Shown piece after piece: positions 10,590 through 23,122 of a stretch of DNA of 64,000 bases (positions are counted from its first letter, which is position 1; each line of letters begins with the position of its first letter). The notes below the pieces were generated by a model that had not been told where the DNA came from, searched no databases, and saw nothing but the letters and a program-made list of their open reading frames with translations. Origin of the DNA: Takakia lepidozioides. Lineage: Eukaryota > Plantae > Bryophyta. The DNA lies in the NCBI GenBank assembly GCA_030704615.1, contig CM060731.1:42098001-42162000 (forward strand), written 5' to 3'. The position numbers and the translations under genes are program-made.

Positions 10590-13500
10590 ATCTCTGTGCT
10601 TAAACTTATGGCCTGCGAACACAATCAAAAATTTAGCTCCTATCAACATCAACACTCCTCAGGGTGATCCCTGGGAATTGGTTACTTATGCCAAATCTAG
10701 GGCTTCATGTGTAGTTTTTGGGGTGAATCCCAGGATGGACGATGTGTCCTTTAAAACTACATGCTCTAGCTTAGGCTTGGATTTCATGGCTAATGGTACC
10801 ATCTCGAGACTTGATAACAGGGGTACGTTGAAGGTTGCAATGACCAAAAGTGCTTCTAATAGAGTCCCACATCAATTCAATCTCAAAGAAGTTCGTCCCT
10901 TGACTGGTTGGAGAGCGGTCTTAGACATTGGTGATTCAATGGGGCGCTCTAGGAAGACTACCAAGGGCAACAACTCCAACTTGAGAGTTTCTAATCGGTT
11001 TGACTGGATGAGGTTGAATCCAAACAGCCAGAAGGACAAGATGCCCCTAAGTGTACGGAATCTGAACGTCCTGAATCTGAAGGATTTGGTACTCTGAATG
11101 GTTTACCAATCCTCAAGGTTTACACAAGACGAACAAATTCTATACATGGGGTAATTGTCCCCAAGCCGTCAGATGGACAATCTGTCCCTAAGTGTGTAGA
11201 GCCTGAACGTCGTGTAACTGAAGGATTTGGTACTCTAAATGGTTTACCAATCCTCAAAGTCTACACAAGACGAGCAAAATCTATACACGGGGTAATTGTC
11301 CCCAAGCAGTCTGACGGACAATCTGCCCCTACGTGTGCGGAGCCTGTGCGTCGTGTAACTGAAAGATTTGGTACCCTGAATGGTTTACCAATTCTCAAAG
11401 TTTACACAAGACGAGCAAAATCTACACATGGGGTAACTGTCCCCCCTTTAGAGAACGGTTGGCCGTCCAGGAGCAATCACAAGCTACCTAGACGATAAAC
11501 AATTCACACGCAAAGGGCTGGCTTGCGGCTGGCCACTTTCAACTTCTCAGGGTTGACCAACCAAAGGAAACAACTTGAAGTGGGACAAGTTCTTCGGACT
11601 AATGATATTCATATCTGTGCTGGGCAAGAAACATGGGAAACGTCGGATAAACTGGTTGGAGATGTCATTGGTTATAAATGGGCAGGTAAGATGTGTACTC
11701 TCAAGGCAGCCTCTGCCAAACGCGGTCAAAAAGGGGTTGGATTCTTTGTCCGTGATTTCTTGTTTGATAATTGTGAAATTATCAAGGTACGAGCATAGTA
11801 TCTGGCTAAAACTGAATTTGAAGGGCGGCATGAGTACAAAGGACCTCTTTGTTGGTTGTGTTTACATGCCCACAGAGGGGACCCTTAGTGCTGACGCAGA
11901 CAAGGCCTTCGAAGATGTAAAGCTGGACTGTGCTTCGTTCCTTGCCAAAGGTCAGGTGGTACTATTGGGGGACTTCAATGCCCGGGTGGGCAAAGGGATC
12001 CATCAGGATGATATCATTGGACCTTTTGGTGAGGACGAGCTGAATTCTAATGGCAGACGGTTAATTAACTGTCTAGAAGAGCTTCAGCTTTTGACCTTGA
12101 ATAACAGGACAAGAGATGACCAAGTGCAGTGGACTCGTGAGAAACCCCAAACTGGGGAACGTTCCATTGTGGACTATATCATAATGGACAAAAATTTGTT
12201 CCCCCAGTGTGCCAATGTGTTGATCGACAGAACTGATATTGGTACCTCTGACCACTTCCTGGTTTGGACTGAGATCAAAAGGTGTTTTCCCACCACCAAG
12301 AGATCTGTGAAACGTTCGATTCGGAAGTGGCGCATAGAAAAATTCCACAATGCGGAGGTCAAGGCTGAGTACGTCCAGGCCTTGCAAGAGGCTCTCCCTC
12401 ATTTTGTCCAATCGCTCCAAGAACTTCAGTCACGCTCTGTTAACGCAAGAAATGAAGTCGAAAGAGCAGTGGACTCTTGGGAGAGTTTCGTTTCCTCCGT
12501 GGCTGACAAGATCATTGGGAGGAAACTAATTGTCTGCGGTAGAGCAGTTAATTGGTGGACTAATGAGATTAAACTCAAGATAGCTGAGAGACGAGCCCTC
12601 TATAAAGAGTGCTGCAATTTGGAAACCAACAGAGAATTGTGGGCGAGGTACTACCAGCTCCGTAAAGATATCAATCAGCTTGTTAGGTCTCAGAAGAAAT
12701 TATACCGGGACAAGTTATACAGTGAAATAAACTCAAACCACCATGGTGGTAATGACAAGAAATTCTGGTTGGCCCTTCAACGTTTGTACAAACCGAAAAA
12801 CGGTCAGCAAGTACAAGCGCTGAAGACTACTAAAGGTGCAGTGGTGACTTCATCGGTTGACATTGTCAAAACCTTTGAAACTCACTATAGTATCCTTGGC
12901 AGAACTTCTAGGTCTAACAGTGAGGGGTCTTCTGCTGAATGGAGGGACACAGTTGGAAAAACTGTTCCTATGATTCAAAACAGCCCTGATGAACTGGAGT
13001 ATATTTCAATGGCTTATAATGCTCCCATTAGTTCTTCTGAGATTGTGGAAGCAATTGAACATTTAAATGGATATAAAGCTGGTGGACCTGATGGTATTGT
13101 CAACGATCTTATCAAGTACGGTGGCGATCCCATGATAGAGGCCCTAGTTCTCCTCTTTAACCTTATCTGGAAGACTGAAATGATCCCCTTTCGCTGGCGA
13201 CAGGGGGTCATTGTCAATCTATACAAGAAGGGTGACAGAGAAGAACCGGGGAACTACCGTGGCATCACGCTCCTCAATGCTGTTGGCAAGACATTCTGCA
13301 GAGTTATAAGTACTCGTCTCGACGTTGATCTGGAGTCCAGAGGTTGTTTCCACGAAGGCCAAGCTGGCTTTCGGCGAAACAGGGGCTGTGTGAATCATAT
13401 CTTCACTCTAAGCCAGATTATCAGGGAAGGAAAAAAGAAGGGAAACCCACTTATGTCTTTTTCCTGGATGTCAAAAAGGCTTATGACACAGTGTGGAGGG

Positions 13501-15109
13501 ATGGCCTATGGTTCCGCCTCTGGTCTTGTGGGATCAAGGGAAAGATGTGGAGAGTTGTCCACAACTTGTATGCTCACACCAAAAGCTGTGTCACTGTTAA
13601 CGGACAGAAGTCCAACTTCTTTGACATAGACCAAGGTGTAGCTCAAGGATGTACTCTCTCCCCTCTGCTCTTCAATGTTTTCATCAATCAACTCCTCGAG
13701 GATGTGGAAAGTGAGGGATTTGGGTTAAGGGTGGATGATACCACCATACCAGCCCTTATGTTTGCGGATGACTTCGCAGGCATAGGGGAGACTCCAACCA
13801 ATCTCCAGGAGTTGATTGATTGCGCGAAGAGATACTTTGATCTTTGGGGGCTAGAGGCTAATGTCAGCAAATGTGCAGTGGTAGCATTCAACGACAGAGG
13901 AGAGGGAGGAAGTGATCTTAAGTGGCAGTGGGGTAGCCAAGAGATCCCGGTCCTCCCTTCCTACACTTACCTGGGCGTTGAGTTCTCCTCCAATTGTAAT
14001 TGGGATGCACATATCCGGAAAGTTGTTCAAACTGGCAAGGGCAAAGCTCTGGGGCTCACTAAATTTTTCCACTGCAGAGGGGTCAACTCTGAGGTTAAGA
14101 AAACGATGCTTTGTCGCGTTATTAGACCTGCCTTGGAGTACGGATCTGCTATATCGGTTGATAACTCCAACCAGGCTAAGTCTCTAGAATCCATTCAAGT
14201 GGGGGTGCTTAAGGAGTGTATGTCAGCATGCTCCAAAACAGCCAATGTGGCTGTTCGGGGTGAGTTTGGCATTCCGTCCTTAAGCTCCCGACGAGATGAA
14301 TTCAAGGTCAGATGGTGGGGTCAGCTGCAACATATGCCCAACACCAGATATCCTAAATTAATCGACTCTATATCTTGGAAACAGGACCGCCCTGTCAAAC
14401 AGGCTAAGTCCTGGCAGAAGAGAGTAGAAGAGATCCTCAAGGACCTGGACCTGGATCCGCAAGTCTTGACCCTGCTGGATAAATTTGACTTAGAGGCTGT
14501 AGTGTCCTCAGCCATGTCTGTTGCCATGAGATTGTCTGATGAAAATGAAGTTAGGCAGAAAACTTCCCTGAACTTGTTTCCAGTCTGTGACATGGGGGAG
14601 GACATCTTGGATGACCTCAAGGGTCTACCCACTCTCGGCACTAGACTGAAATTTAAACTCAGGGCAGGAAGCCTACCTTTGAACAGCAAACAGAAGCAAA
14701 GAGGAAAGGGAGAGTGCAATTGCCCGTTGTGTGGGCAATCTGAAGACAGTATTCATTTTCTGATACACTGTCCAGGGTTCTCTCACCAAAGAGACGCTCT
14801 CTTCAAATCTATTAAGGGAATTGTGCCTGTACCCCTATTTACCAACTTTGAAAGTCTCGAGGCTGAGCCAAAAGCCCAGGCCCTCCTGAGGCCTAGTTTT
14901 TGGGCAAATCACACACAGCAGATTGATGCTTGTGTGAAGGGATTTCTAGAGGATATCTGGAAAACCCGGATTAATTCTTTATATGGAGGTAAGTCTTACT
15001 ACCAACGTCAGCCCCTGACAGAGGTAGGTTCTGTCCCTTTTGTTCCCGCTCAAACTGGGCGCGGGGTCAATGGCCACAAGGCTATGGCAAACAACGTCTT
15101 ATGAGTACA
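10590..15109 (+). mobile_element. Disrupted non-LTR retrotransposon (LINE) with AP endonuclease, reverse transcriptase and C-terminal CCHC motif
   Basis: APE motifs: LATFN, QETW, LLGDFNARVG, IVDYI, TSDH. RT motifs: NYRGITLL, QAGFR, FFLDVKKAYDTV, GVAQGCTLSPLLF, FADD, YLG. C-terminal CPLCGQSEDSIHFLIHC. Frameshifts occur near 11003, 11787 and 13422, with an in-frame TAA at 11496. The 5' end is uncertain. Confidence 0.95.
11030..11445 (+). repeat. 141-bp (47-codon) tandem repeat x3 inside the LINE, upstream of the APE domain
   Basis: a(g/a)gatttggtac occurs at 11081, 11222 and 11363. The open frame reads EGFGTLNGLPILKVYTRR... Confidence 0.92.
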
Positions 15110-16340
15110 ATCTGTATTGTAGTGGATGACATTTCAAATTTATTCCATAATTGCATTTGTAATAGGTCAATTTCTTGCATGTCTTGGTCCATTTGTTATT
15201 TGATAACATGATTGGGGTTTCATGGAGGCTGATTGGAGAGTAATTATGGATGTTGCAAGCTTGACGGAGGTGTGGATACTGTAGCTATGGTTGGGATTGT
15301 ATAAGTGATGGCAGCCAACCATGCCAGTAATGCATGCTGATCGAAGTATTTGAGTATGAGGTTTGTCAAACAATGGACAATTGCTCTTAGTTTTTGTTTT
15401 AATATGTGGCTTTGTCATTAAGGATTTGATTCCGTGCTGTTATCCCCTTCTGCCATGCAGTCTCTGTGAGTTATATTGCCATAATGATTTTCTGTGACAC
15501 TGAACTCTAGAAAGAAGCCTGAACCTTGAGGGAGGCCAAGAGTTGGTACACAGAGTGGTTGCAGTCTAGGAATTCATCAACAGACTGTATGCCATATTTA
15601 AAAGGAAATCCACTCCTTATCAGGTGATGTACACAAGGTAGAAATTGAAACCCTATGATGAGCTTGTGGCATCGAACATACTGACAAATTACAGTTTTAC
15701 ACACAACAATGAAGGAAACTGCCAGTTCCTAGACCATTAGTAGCATGCATGACACTTGAGCATCTGAAGCTCGTCAAAACTAACATTCCTGTGAAATCTA
15801 TACACTGTTTACCATTGGCCAGTTTACCCAAACAGGCACTTTTCTGCGTGCACACTCACAAGAACACTATACCTGCTTTGATTGGAGTCATCGAATGGAT
15901 CAGATCTTCAGTGACAAAAGCTGTTGATTGCCAAAAGGCGTGGACTCACATAGTTAACAAAAAAATGTATAGATTGCTCTATTGTGACAGTTTTAATTTA
16001 GCTCATTTTAAGACAAACTGTTGGTTTGCAGTTGACATGGTTTTTTTATGTACTTTGTTTTGCAAGGGAGCACCAAACCCTTTAACATAGACAAACCAAG
16101 TCCATCTTCAGTATATGCATGGCTGTTTGCAGCCACTATCTGGTGGGTATAAAACTATCTTACAGAGGTTTTCAAGCAATATAATGAAGTAAAAATCACA
16201 TGCAAAAAGGACAGTAACTAGCTCATGAGAGGTTCTACAAATCAACCTCTCTGTCTGGTCTGTTCTGTCTACCACGTGTTTCTACACAATCTCTCTTCTC
16301 TCTCAACAGGGATTGAATGTTGTAGGGGGGCAGGAAAAGG

Positions 16341-18708
16341 TCAGGAGCGGACATTGGCTAAACGAGCCCTTAAAGCTTCCAACTCAGCATCGTCATTGGC
16401 TCCCTCTGCAACTGCTTCTTGCTGCTGCACCCACAATAGTCATGCCCTCAACCATGAAACGTGTCTAATCATTCTCAAGTCTCTCGTGGATCAAAATATT
16501 AGAGAGAACTTGGATCCCACGGGAAGACAACGGATGAGCAGTAGGTGTGCTCAAAGTACAAGATATGCTCCTAAGAAATGGCGGGTCAATGCACACACTC
16601 ACTCAGCCATGTTGCTCTTACAGTTTTAGTTCCTGAAGGATGAGTATTTTCCTTTTACTCAACATATAATCTGTTTTTCCCTAAACTGTCTAACATATCG
16701 ACACAAGGGAGACCAGTCCAGTTGAAGGGTTGACCAATGTTTGGAAGCATTCAGATCAGGACTAAGACCAATCCAGGACAAATGACAAATCTACTCATTG
16801 ACTCCCGCCTGTGACTGTTCACCGTGATTTACCCTTCAAAATAGTCCCTAGGTCAGTCCTGGGGTTTTCTAAGGTAATAAACTAAGCATTTGAGTTTGCT
16901 ACAAGATCTCGAGCAGAGCCATGACAATCTGGGAAAGAGATTCACTGTTGGATCGGGAGTTGATCAGAATCTACAGAGGCTGTTGGGATATCAGCACTGT
17001 CCTCCACACAAACACAGAAGTGACACAGAGGGGCAGGGGTTGAAAGATATTCAGACATGCAGACAACTATAAGGAGGTAGGCAAGAACAGACTGTACCCC
17101 TTTGTCAGCTTCAGGTTCTTCTTCCTGGGCAGGTTGCTTGAGTCGCTCCCTTCGTGCAGCAGCAGCAGGCAGCTGGGCAGCAGTTTCCACAGCAAGCTCT
17201 GAAAGCACTTTGTCAACCTCTTCCTCAATTTCTTCCTCCATGTCATCATTGTCTAGTGCTGAGTCCAAGCCGTCACTCAGCATTTCCTCCACTACCCCCG
17301 CCTGTCCAAGCCACCCACCCACCCACCCACCCACGTCCCTTGAGCTCCTTCAGGATTCATGACATCCAAGTTTGTTACGAGCTGCAGATTTGGGGTTCTC
17401 TATTAGTCAAATTTCACTACGATTCGCTAAATTTGTGGTGTCGGAATTTGGGAGCTCAAAGAGGGAAGAAACCAGCTTGCCCTCGCTTCTGTAGCTATGT
17501 TTGATGGGCAGGGCACATGGCATGTTTGAGTAGTGCCCCGAAACCAGGGATGAGGACCATTGCCATCTGCCAAAAAGGATGACATAAAAATGCACACTCA
17601 GGTCCTTACTGCATCGCATAGACCATGGGCCAATTCCTCTGTATTTACACCTGAACCTTAACTAAGCAGTCAGACTTATATACCCATCTCTGTCCTCACC
17701 AACCCATGACACGTGGGTCGTGCACAGAGAGACAGAGAAATTATACACACCTTCATCATTTCACGGGAGAGTTCTTGCATGGTAGCTGCCATTTCAGGGG
17801 CCTTCATGAGGCCATTCACCAGCTTCATCACCTCTGTGCTCTTCTGCAGATGCCCTACCGCCCTCGCTGTCGCTGTGCCCCATAGCCCACCAACCACTCG
17901 CTGTTAAATCAGTATCTCACAGACCTAGTAACTAACCGAGACACCTGCCATACTTCCTTCCTATCTTTCTGACATCATGTGTCAAGCTCTCACATGGCCA
18001 CGAAATCAGAAGGCTGCAAGACATAGACACAATAACTAGAGGGGCAACATTAATGGGAAGTGTAAAGTAATTATACCGACACTCTCTCCCAAGTGCATGG
18101 ACACCGAATTGAGCTGTGCTCGATTCTCATAGAGGCGGCCCACCACCCTCCGTGCGCTCACCAGCTCCCTTGCCAACGCCTGTCGCCAACCAGTTTTGCA
18201 AGAGAACATTATTGTCTGTACAACACATAGAACTGAAGTGACGATTTCAAAAAACTCACAAAGGATGGGGGTTCACCCTTGCAGATTGCATGTCATTGCG
18301 TTTTGCAGCCTCTTTGATGGACTTCTGAACATTCTTTTCTTCTCTTTGAATGTCTGCCCAAGCCAACCAACAGAGCGGCTACAGAATTAGAAAGTAACCA
18401 TTGAAGACGTGGAAAACCAGTACTACATCTACTTCACACAAAATGCTCCAGACTAACAAATCAAGAGCCACAACCGTGCCACTACCCACGGTTTAGGTAA
18501 TGCGTAGCTTCAGTACTGGAAAATTCTGACATTCAGCAGGAGCCCAAGGATGTCTAACCCCATGCCCGTAAGAGAGAAAGTAAGAAATCCTCATACCGCG
18601 GACCTGACGCTCGACATTTCGGGACTCCTGCCGAAGCTTCCGCTGCCACTCGCGAAGTTGCTCCTGCGGCGATGGCTTCGGCTTCAGCAGGCCCCGCACC
18701 TTCTCCAT
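16341..18708 (-). CDS. VPS24: ESCRT-III subunit VPS24/CHMP3, 6 exons
   Basis: Exons translate to MEKVRGLLKPKPSPQEQLREWQRKLRQE, IQREEKNVQKSIKEAAKRND, GHLQKSTEVMKLVNGLMKAPEMAATMQELSREMMK, AGVVEEMLSD..EEEVDKVLSELA and LEALRARLANVRS*. Borders are GT-AG. Confidence 0.95.
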
Positions 18709-19634
18709 ACCTTCTCCGTTCTCCACAAAATCGAACTAACCCGGTCAAATCTTAAGACGAAGGTACACCTCTCTTTCGATCAAATCCACCACTGAGATGT
18801 CATCGGTTAGTCTCCGGGTCAACTCTTGTAAAGGCAAACAGAAGATTTCGATTTCCACCTCTCCTTCGATTACACCCCTCACTGAAAAGTCATCGGGTGC
18901 AGTCTGGCAGTCTCTGCCTGAGTTTCACACCCAGCGATCAGCATTACGTGGTAAGCTCCCCCACTACCAAACAAATGCTGCACAAAATGGCAGCTGCCCC
19001 GTTTCCTGCTCAGGATTTACGAAACACAACAGCCCAAAATTCTCGCTGCTGCGATCGAATTCAGCTCCTCTCATACCCCTCTTCTCATGCAATCCACTTC
19101 CTCACTATCCCCCCAATCCCACACAACCTCAGCACCGATCCTTCGCTTTGCGGTTTTTGTATGTATAGTGCCCTCTGCTCTGCCTCGATCCTCCCTTCTT
19201 CCTCTTGACTGTGGTTAGGGAGCTGCGGTCATATCCTAACCAGGCAAGTAAATAGCTCACAAATCAGGCCCCTTGATAATGAGAGGAGAAAATAACCTCT
19301 TTCACAGTAAGAACCGTGCCATGAAGGCAGAGAAATGGGACACCGCCCAGGAAAGGGAATGAAGAGTAGTATACCGACAACCCCCTCAAGTAGCAGGATT
19401 TGACCCCAGAAGCATCTGGGTGCCACTCAGTGCACGAACCAACTGAGCTACTCACTGTTGGCACAGCAGTTTCACTGTCATAATCACTTTATTCTTTCAT
19501 TCGTGTGTGTATTCATAACTTTGTCTTCCCAAGTCAGAGGCTCGGGTAGTTACTAGTCTTACTGTATCCGAACCTAAGGTTCGGTGGGACAGATAGGCTC
19601 GTTATAGGTTCGGTGTAAGCTTTGGTGAGCGAGC

Positions 19635-19637
<3 letters not shown>

Positions 19638-19667
<30 letters not shown>
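19638..19667. repeat. (GA)n microsatellite upstream of SEC15
   Basis: Perfect ga run in the VPS24-SEC15 divergent intergenic region. Confidence 0.9.
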
Positions 19668-19670
<3 letters not shown>

Positions 19671-20282
19671 AAGAGAGGGGGTGATTGAAGGATTGATGAG
19701 GAAGGAGGCGTGCAATGATCTGAGGAGGGGAGTTGATTCATGAAGGTTTGATTCTGGGAGGAATGATGTGATGCTAACAGGATAGGCGTTGCTGTGGTTG
19801 CTCTGCTTTGGTCTAGCTTCAGGTTTTGCGGAGGGAAGGAAGCCCTGATGCAGTGCAGGGGATTGTAGTTTGGGAAGTGAGGTTTGTTTTCTGGGGCTTC
19901 TTTTCGCTTTTTTTACGACTTGGGCTTGGCCTGGGATCTGATGAAGAGTAGGATTGGAAGTGATGAGAGTAATGGGGCCGAGGAGAAGATGGCCTGAGGA
20001 AGTGTGGTAAGCAGGTGGAGACAGCCATCAAGTGTAGCGAGACGGTTGTTGCCAGGGAAGCTGGTGCTGTTTGGTGAAAGGAGGTGGACGGTTGGTGGCA
20101 GAGTGGTGGTAGAGTGTTGTGGGGGATTCATGAGTCTGGATGGTGATACCGTGCAGGGAGTTGATCCGAAAGGTGCTAGTGATAGTATTGAAGGGAGGGG
20201 GTGATTGCTTGGCCGCTTGAAAAGCAGGTCCTCCGTTGGACGAGTAACTGCTTCTTGGAGTTTGGGTTGCAAAGATTTAGTC

Positions 20283-23122
20283 ATGACGACGATGAAAGGG
20301 AAGAGAGTAGCATTGATGGAGAATGGAGATAAGGGGGAGGGAGGAGTGCTTGGAGTGGATGACTCGGCGTTGGCGTCCGCCATTGGCAACGGCGAGGACC
20401 TGGGGCCCTTCATTCGAGCCGCATTTGAGATTGGGAAGCCAGAGTCGTTGGTTCACCAGCTCAAGAACTTCGCGAAGAAGAAGGAGGTTGAGATTGAGGA
20501 TCTCTGCAAACTTCACTACGAGGAGTTCATCCGGGCTGTCGATGAGCTCCGGTACGTTCTTGTCGACGCAGACAAACTGAAATCAGGCCTTGCAGAGGAG
20601 AACAGGCAGTTGCAGGAGGTTGGGGATTCACTCTTAACCAGACTGGACGCATTAATTGAGGCTCATGGCACCAAGAAAAATCTTATGGAGGCCATTGATT
20701 CTCTCAAAACGTGCACAGCTGTAGTGGATTTGTGTATGAGAGTGAACGAGTACACGCTGAACGATGGCTACTACCCGGCGCTGAAGGCCCTTGATATTAT
20801 GGAAAGGGATTACATGCCAACATTACCAGCTCGGGCCCTGAAACAGCTTCTTGAGAGACAGATCCCGCAATGCAGGGTCCACATTGAAAGAAAAGTAAAC
20901 AAGGAATTCAATGACTGGCTGGTGCAGATACGAACTGTCTCTCGAGAGATAGGGCAGCTTTCCATAGGGCAAGCTTCATCAGCCCGACAAAGGGAGGAGG
21001 AGCTTAGAGGCCGACAGAGACAGGCTGAAGAACAGAGCCGGTCAGGACTGAAAGAGTGTGTATACATGCTGGAAATGGAAGACCTTGATGAAGATGACTC
21101 TCAACTGAAGTTTGATTTGACTCCTGTCTACAGGGCTTATCATATCAACACATGTCTTGGGCTGCAAGACCAGTTCAGGGAGTACTATTACAAGAATAGA
21201 CAGCTGCAGCTGAATTCGGATCTGCAAACCTCATCAGCACAGTCCTTCCTGGAGTCACATCAAACATACTTTGCTCAATTGGCAGGATTCTTTATTGTCG
21301 AGGATCGGGTCTTGCGGTCTGCAGGCGGCCTAATCACCACTGCACGCACTGAACAGCTGTGGGAGTCAGCAATTAGTAGAATGAATGTTGTGCTGGAAGA
21401 CCAATTTTCTCGCATGCAGACAGCAAATCACCTGCTTTTGGTGAAGGATTATGTCAGCTTGCTTGGAGCCACGCTCCGGAGATACGGCTACCAGGTAACT
21501 TCTATTTCTCTCTGAGTCAAAACCTTACACAACTCCTTTAGTGGAAGTTTGCTGCCTGCTTACCAAGTATCACATCCAGGAGGCCACCAGCCCACACCTT
21601 CAGATGGCTTTTGTAGTTGGAAGAGATGCCTGACCAGGTGAGGCAAGAATGACAGCCTGTTGATTGAAGACCAGCCAAGTGTGGGCAGCACTTTTGCACC
21701 TTTGTTCGCCCACTATGTCTTCCAGTACCACAGACTCTATCCGCGTTTGATTTGCAAACTGAAGGGTGGCTTGAGAGGTCATTGCTCATTGCTGCTCAAG
21801 AGGTAGCTAACCAAAACCCCACAATCCTATAAAATGGTAAAGGTCCCAGGTTTCAATTGGAAGGCTTTCATGTCAGAGTGATAATGAGTTTGTCAAGTAC
21901 AAGTTCAGTACTTACTGTAAATGCTGTGGATTTGTGCATTTTGTACTAGGTTGGTCCATTGCTTGATGTGCTGGACACGATGAGGGACAAGTACCATGAG
22001 CTTCTCCTCAATGATTGCCGCCGTCGGATTGATGATGTCCTTGCAAATGACAAGTATGTACAGATGATCATGAGGAAGGAGTATGAATACAATATGAATG
22101 TTCTGGCTTTCCATCTTCAGAGTGCAGATGTGATGCCTGCATTTCCATATGTTGCACCTTTCTCTGCCACTGTTCCCGACTGCTGCCGCATTGTCAGATC
22201 CTTTATAGAAGATTCTGTGAGCTTTCTTTCATACGGTGGGCACATGGACTACTATGATCTGGTGAAGAGGTATCTGGACAAACTATTGACCAATGTGTTG
22301 AATGAGGCACTGTTGAAACTCGTTAGAAATCCATCCCTTGGCGTATCTCAGGCGATGCAAATTGCAGCCAACATGACAGTGCTTGAGCGGGCTTGCGATT
22401 TCTTCTCACAGCATGCAGCCAAGCTGTGTGGGATCCCAATGCGGCTTGTGGAGGGTCCTCATGGTGCCTTGTCCGCTAGAGCCACTTTGAGAACTTCTCA
22501 GGCTGTTGCACATGAAACTATGCTCAAGCTGGTCAAGTCAAAGGTGGATGAGTTCATGTTGCTGACACCCAACATCAACTGGACCCCTGACGACCCCCCT
22601 CAGAGTGGGAATGACTACTTGAACGATGTGATCATTTATCTGGAGACACTTGCAGAGACTGCTCAAGAGATTTTACCGATGGATGCATTTGATAAAGTAA
22701 TTAGTGGAGTGTTGAAGCACATTTCTGATTGCATTGTTGCCACGTTTATGAGCGATGATGTGCGACGCTTCAATATATATGCTGTAATGGGCATAGACGC
22801 AGATTTGAGGGTACTGGAATCATTTGCTGATGAGAGGTTTCAAAGTAGCGGGCTGGACAAGCTGCCCAGCTCAACAAACCTACGGTCTTGCCTGGCAGAA
22901 GCACGGCAACTTGTCAATTTACTCACAGGGAATCAGCCTGAGCTTTTTCTCAATCCTGTCATCCGGGAGAAAAATTACAATGCACTTGACTCTAAAAAGG
23001 TGATTCAAATATGTGAGAAGTACAGAGACTTGCCGGAGAAATTGTTTTCAAGCCGGGCACCCAGGCAAGCTGCAAAGAAAAAGTCCATCGATGCGTTGAT
23101 GAGACGGCTGCGGGAGCAGTAA
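20283..23122 (+). CDS. SEC15: Exocyst subunit SEC15, 2 coding exons (20283-21494, 21950-23122)
   Basis: Motifs GEDLGPFIRAAFEIGKPE..EIEDLCKLHYEEFIRAVDELR, FNDWLVQIR, FDLTPVYRAYHI, PAFPYVAPFS and FLNPVIREKNYNALD. A phase-0 intron runs 21495-21949 (cag|gtaact...tag|gtt). Confidence 0.96.
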
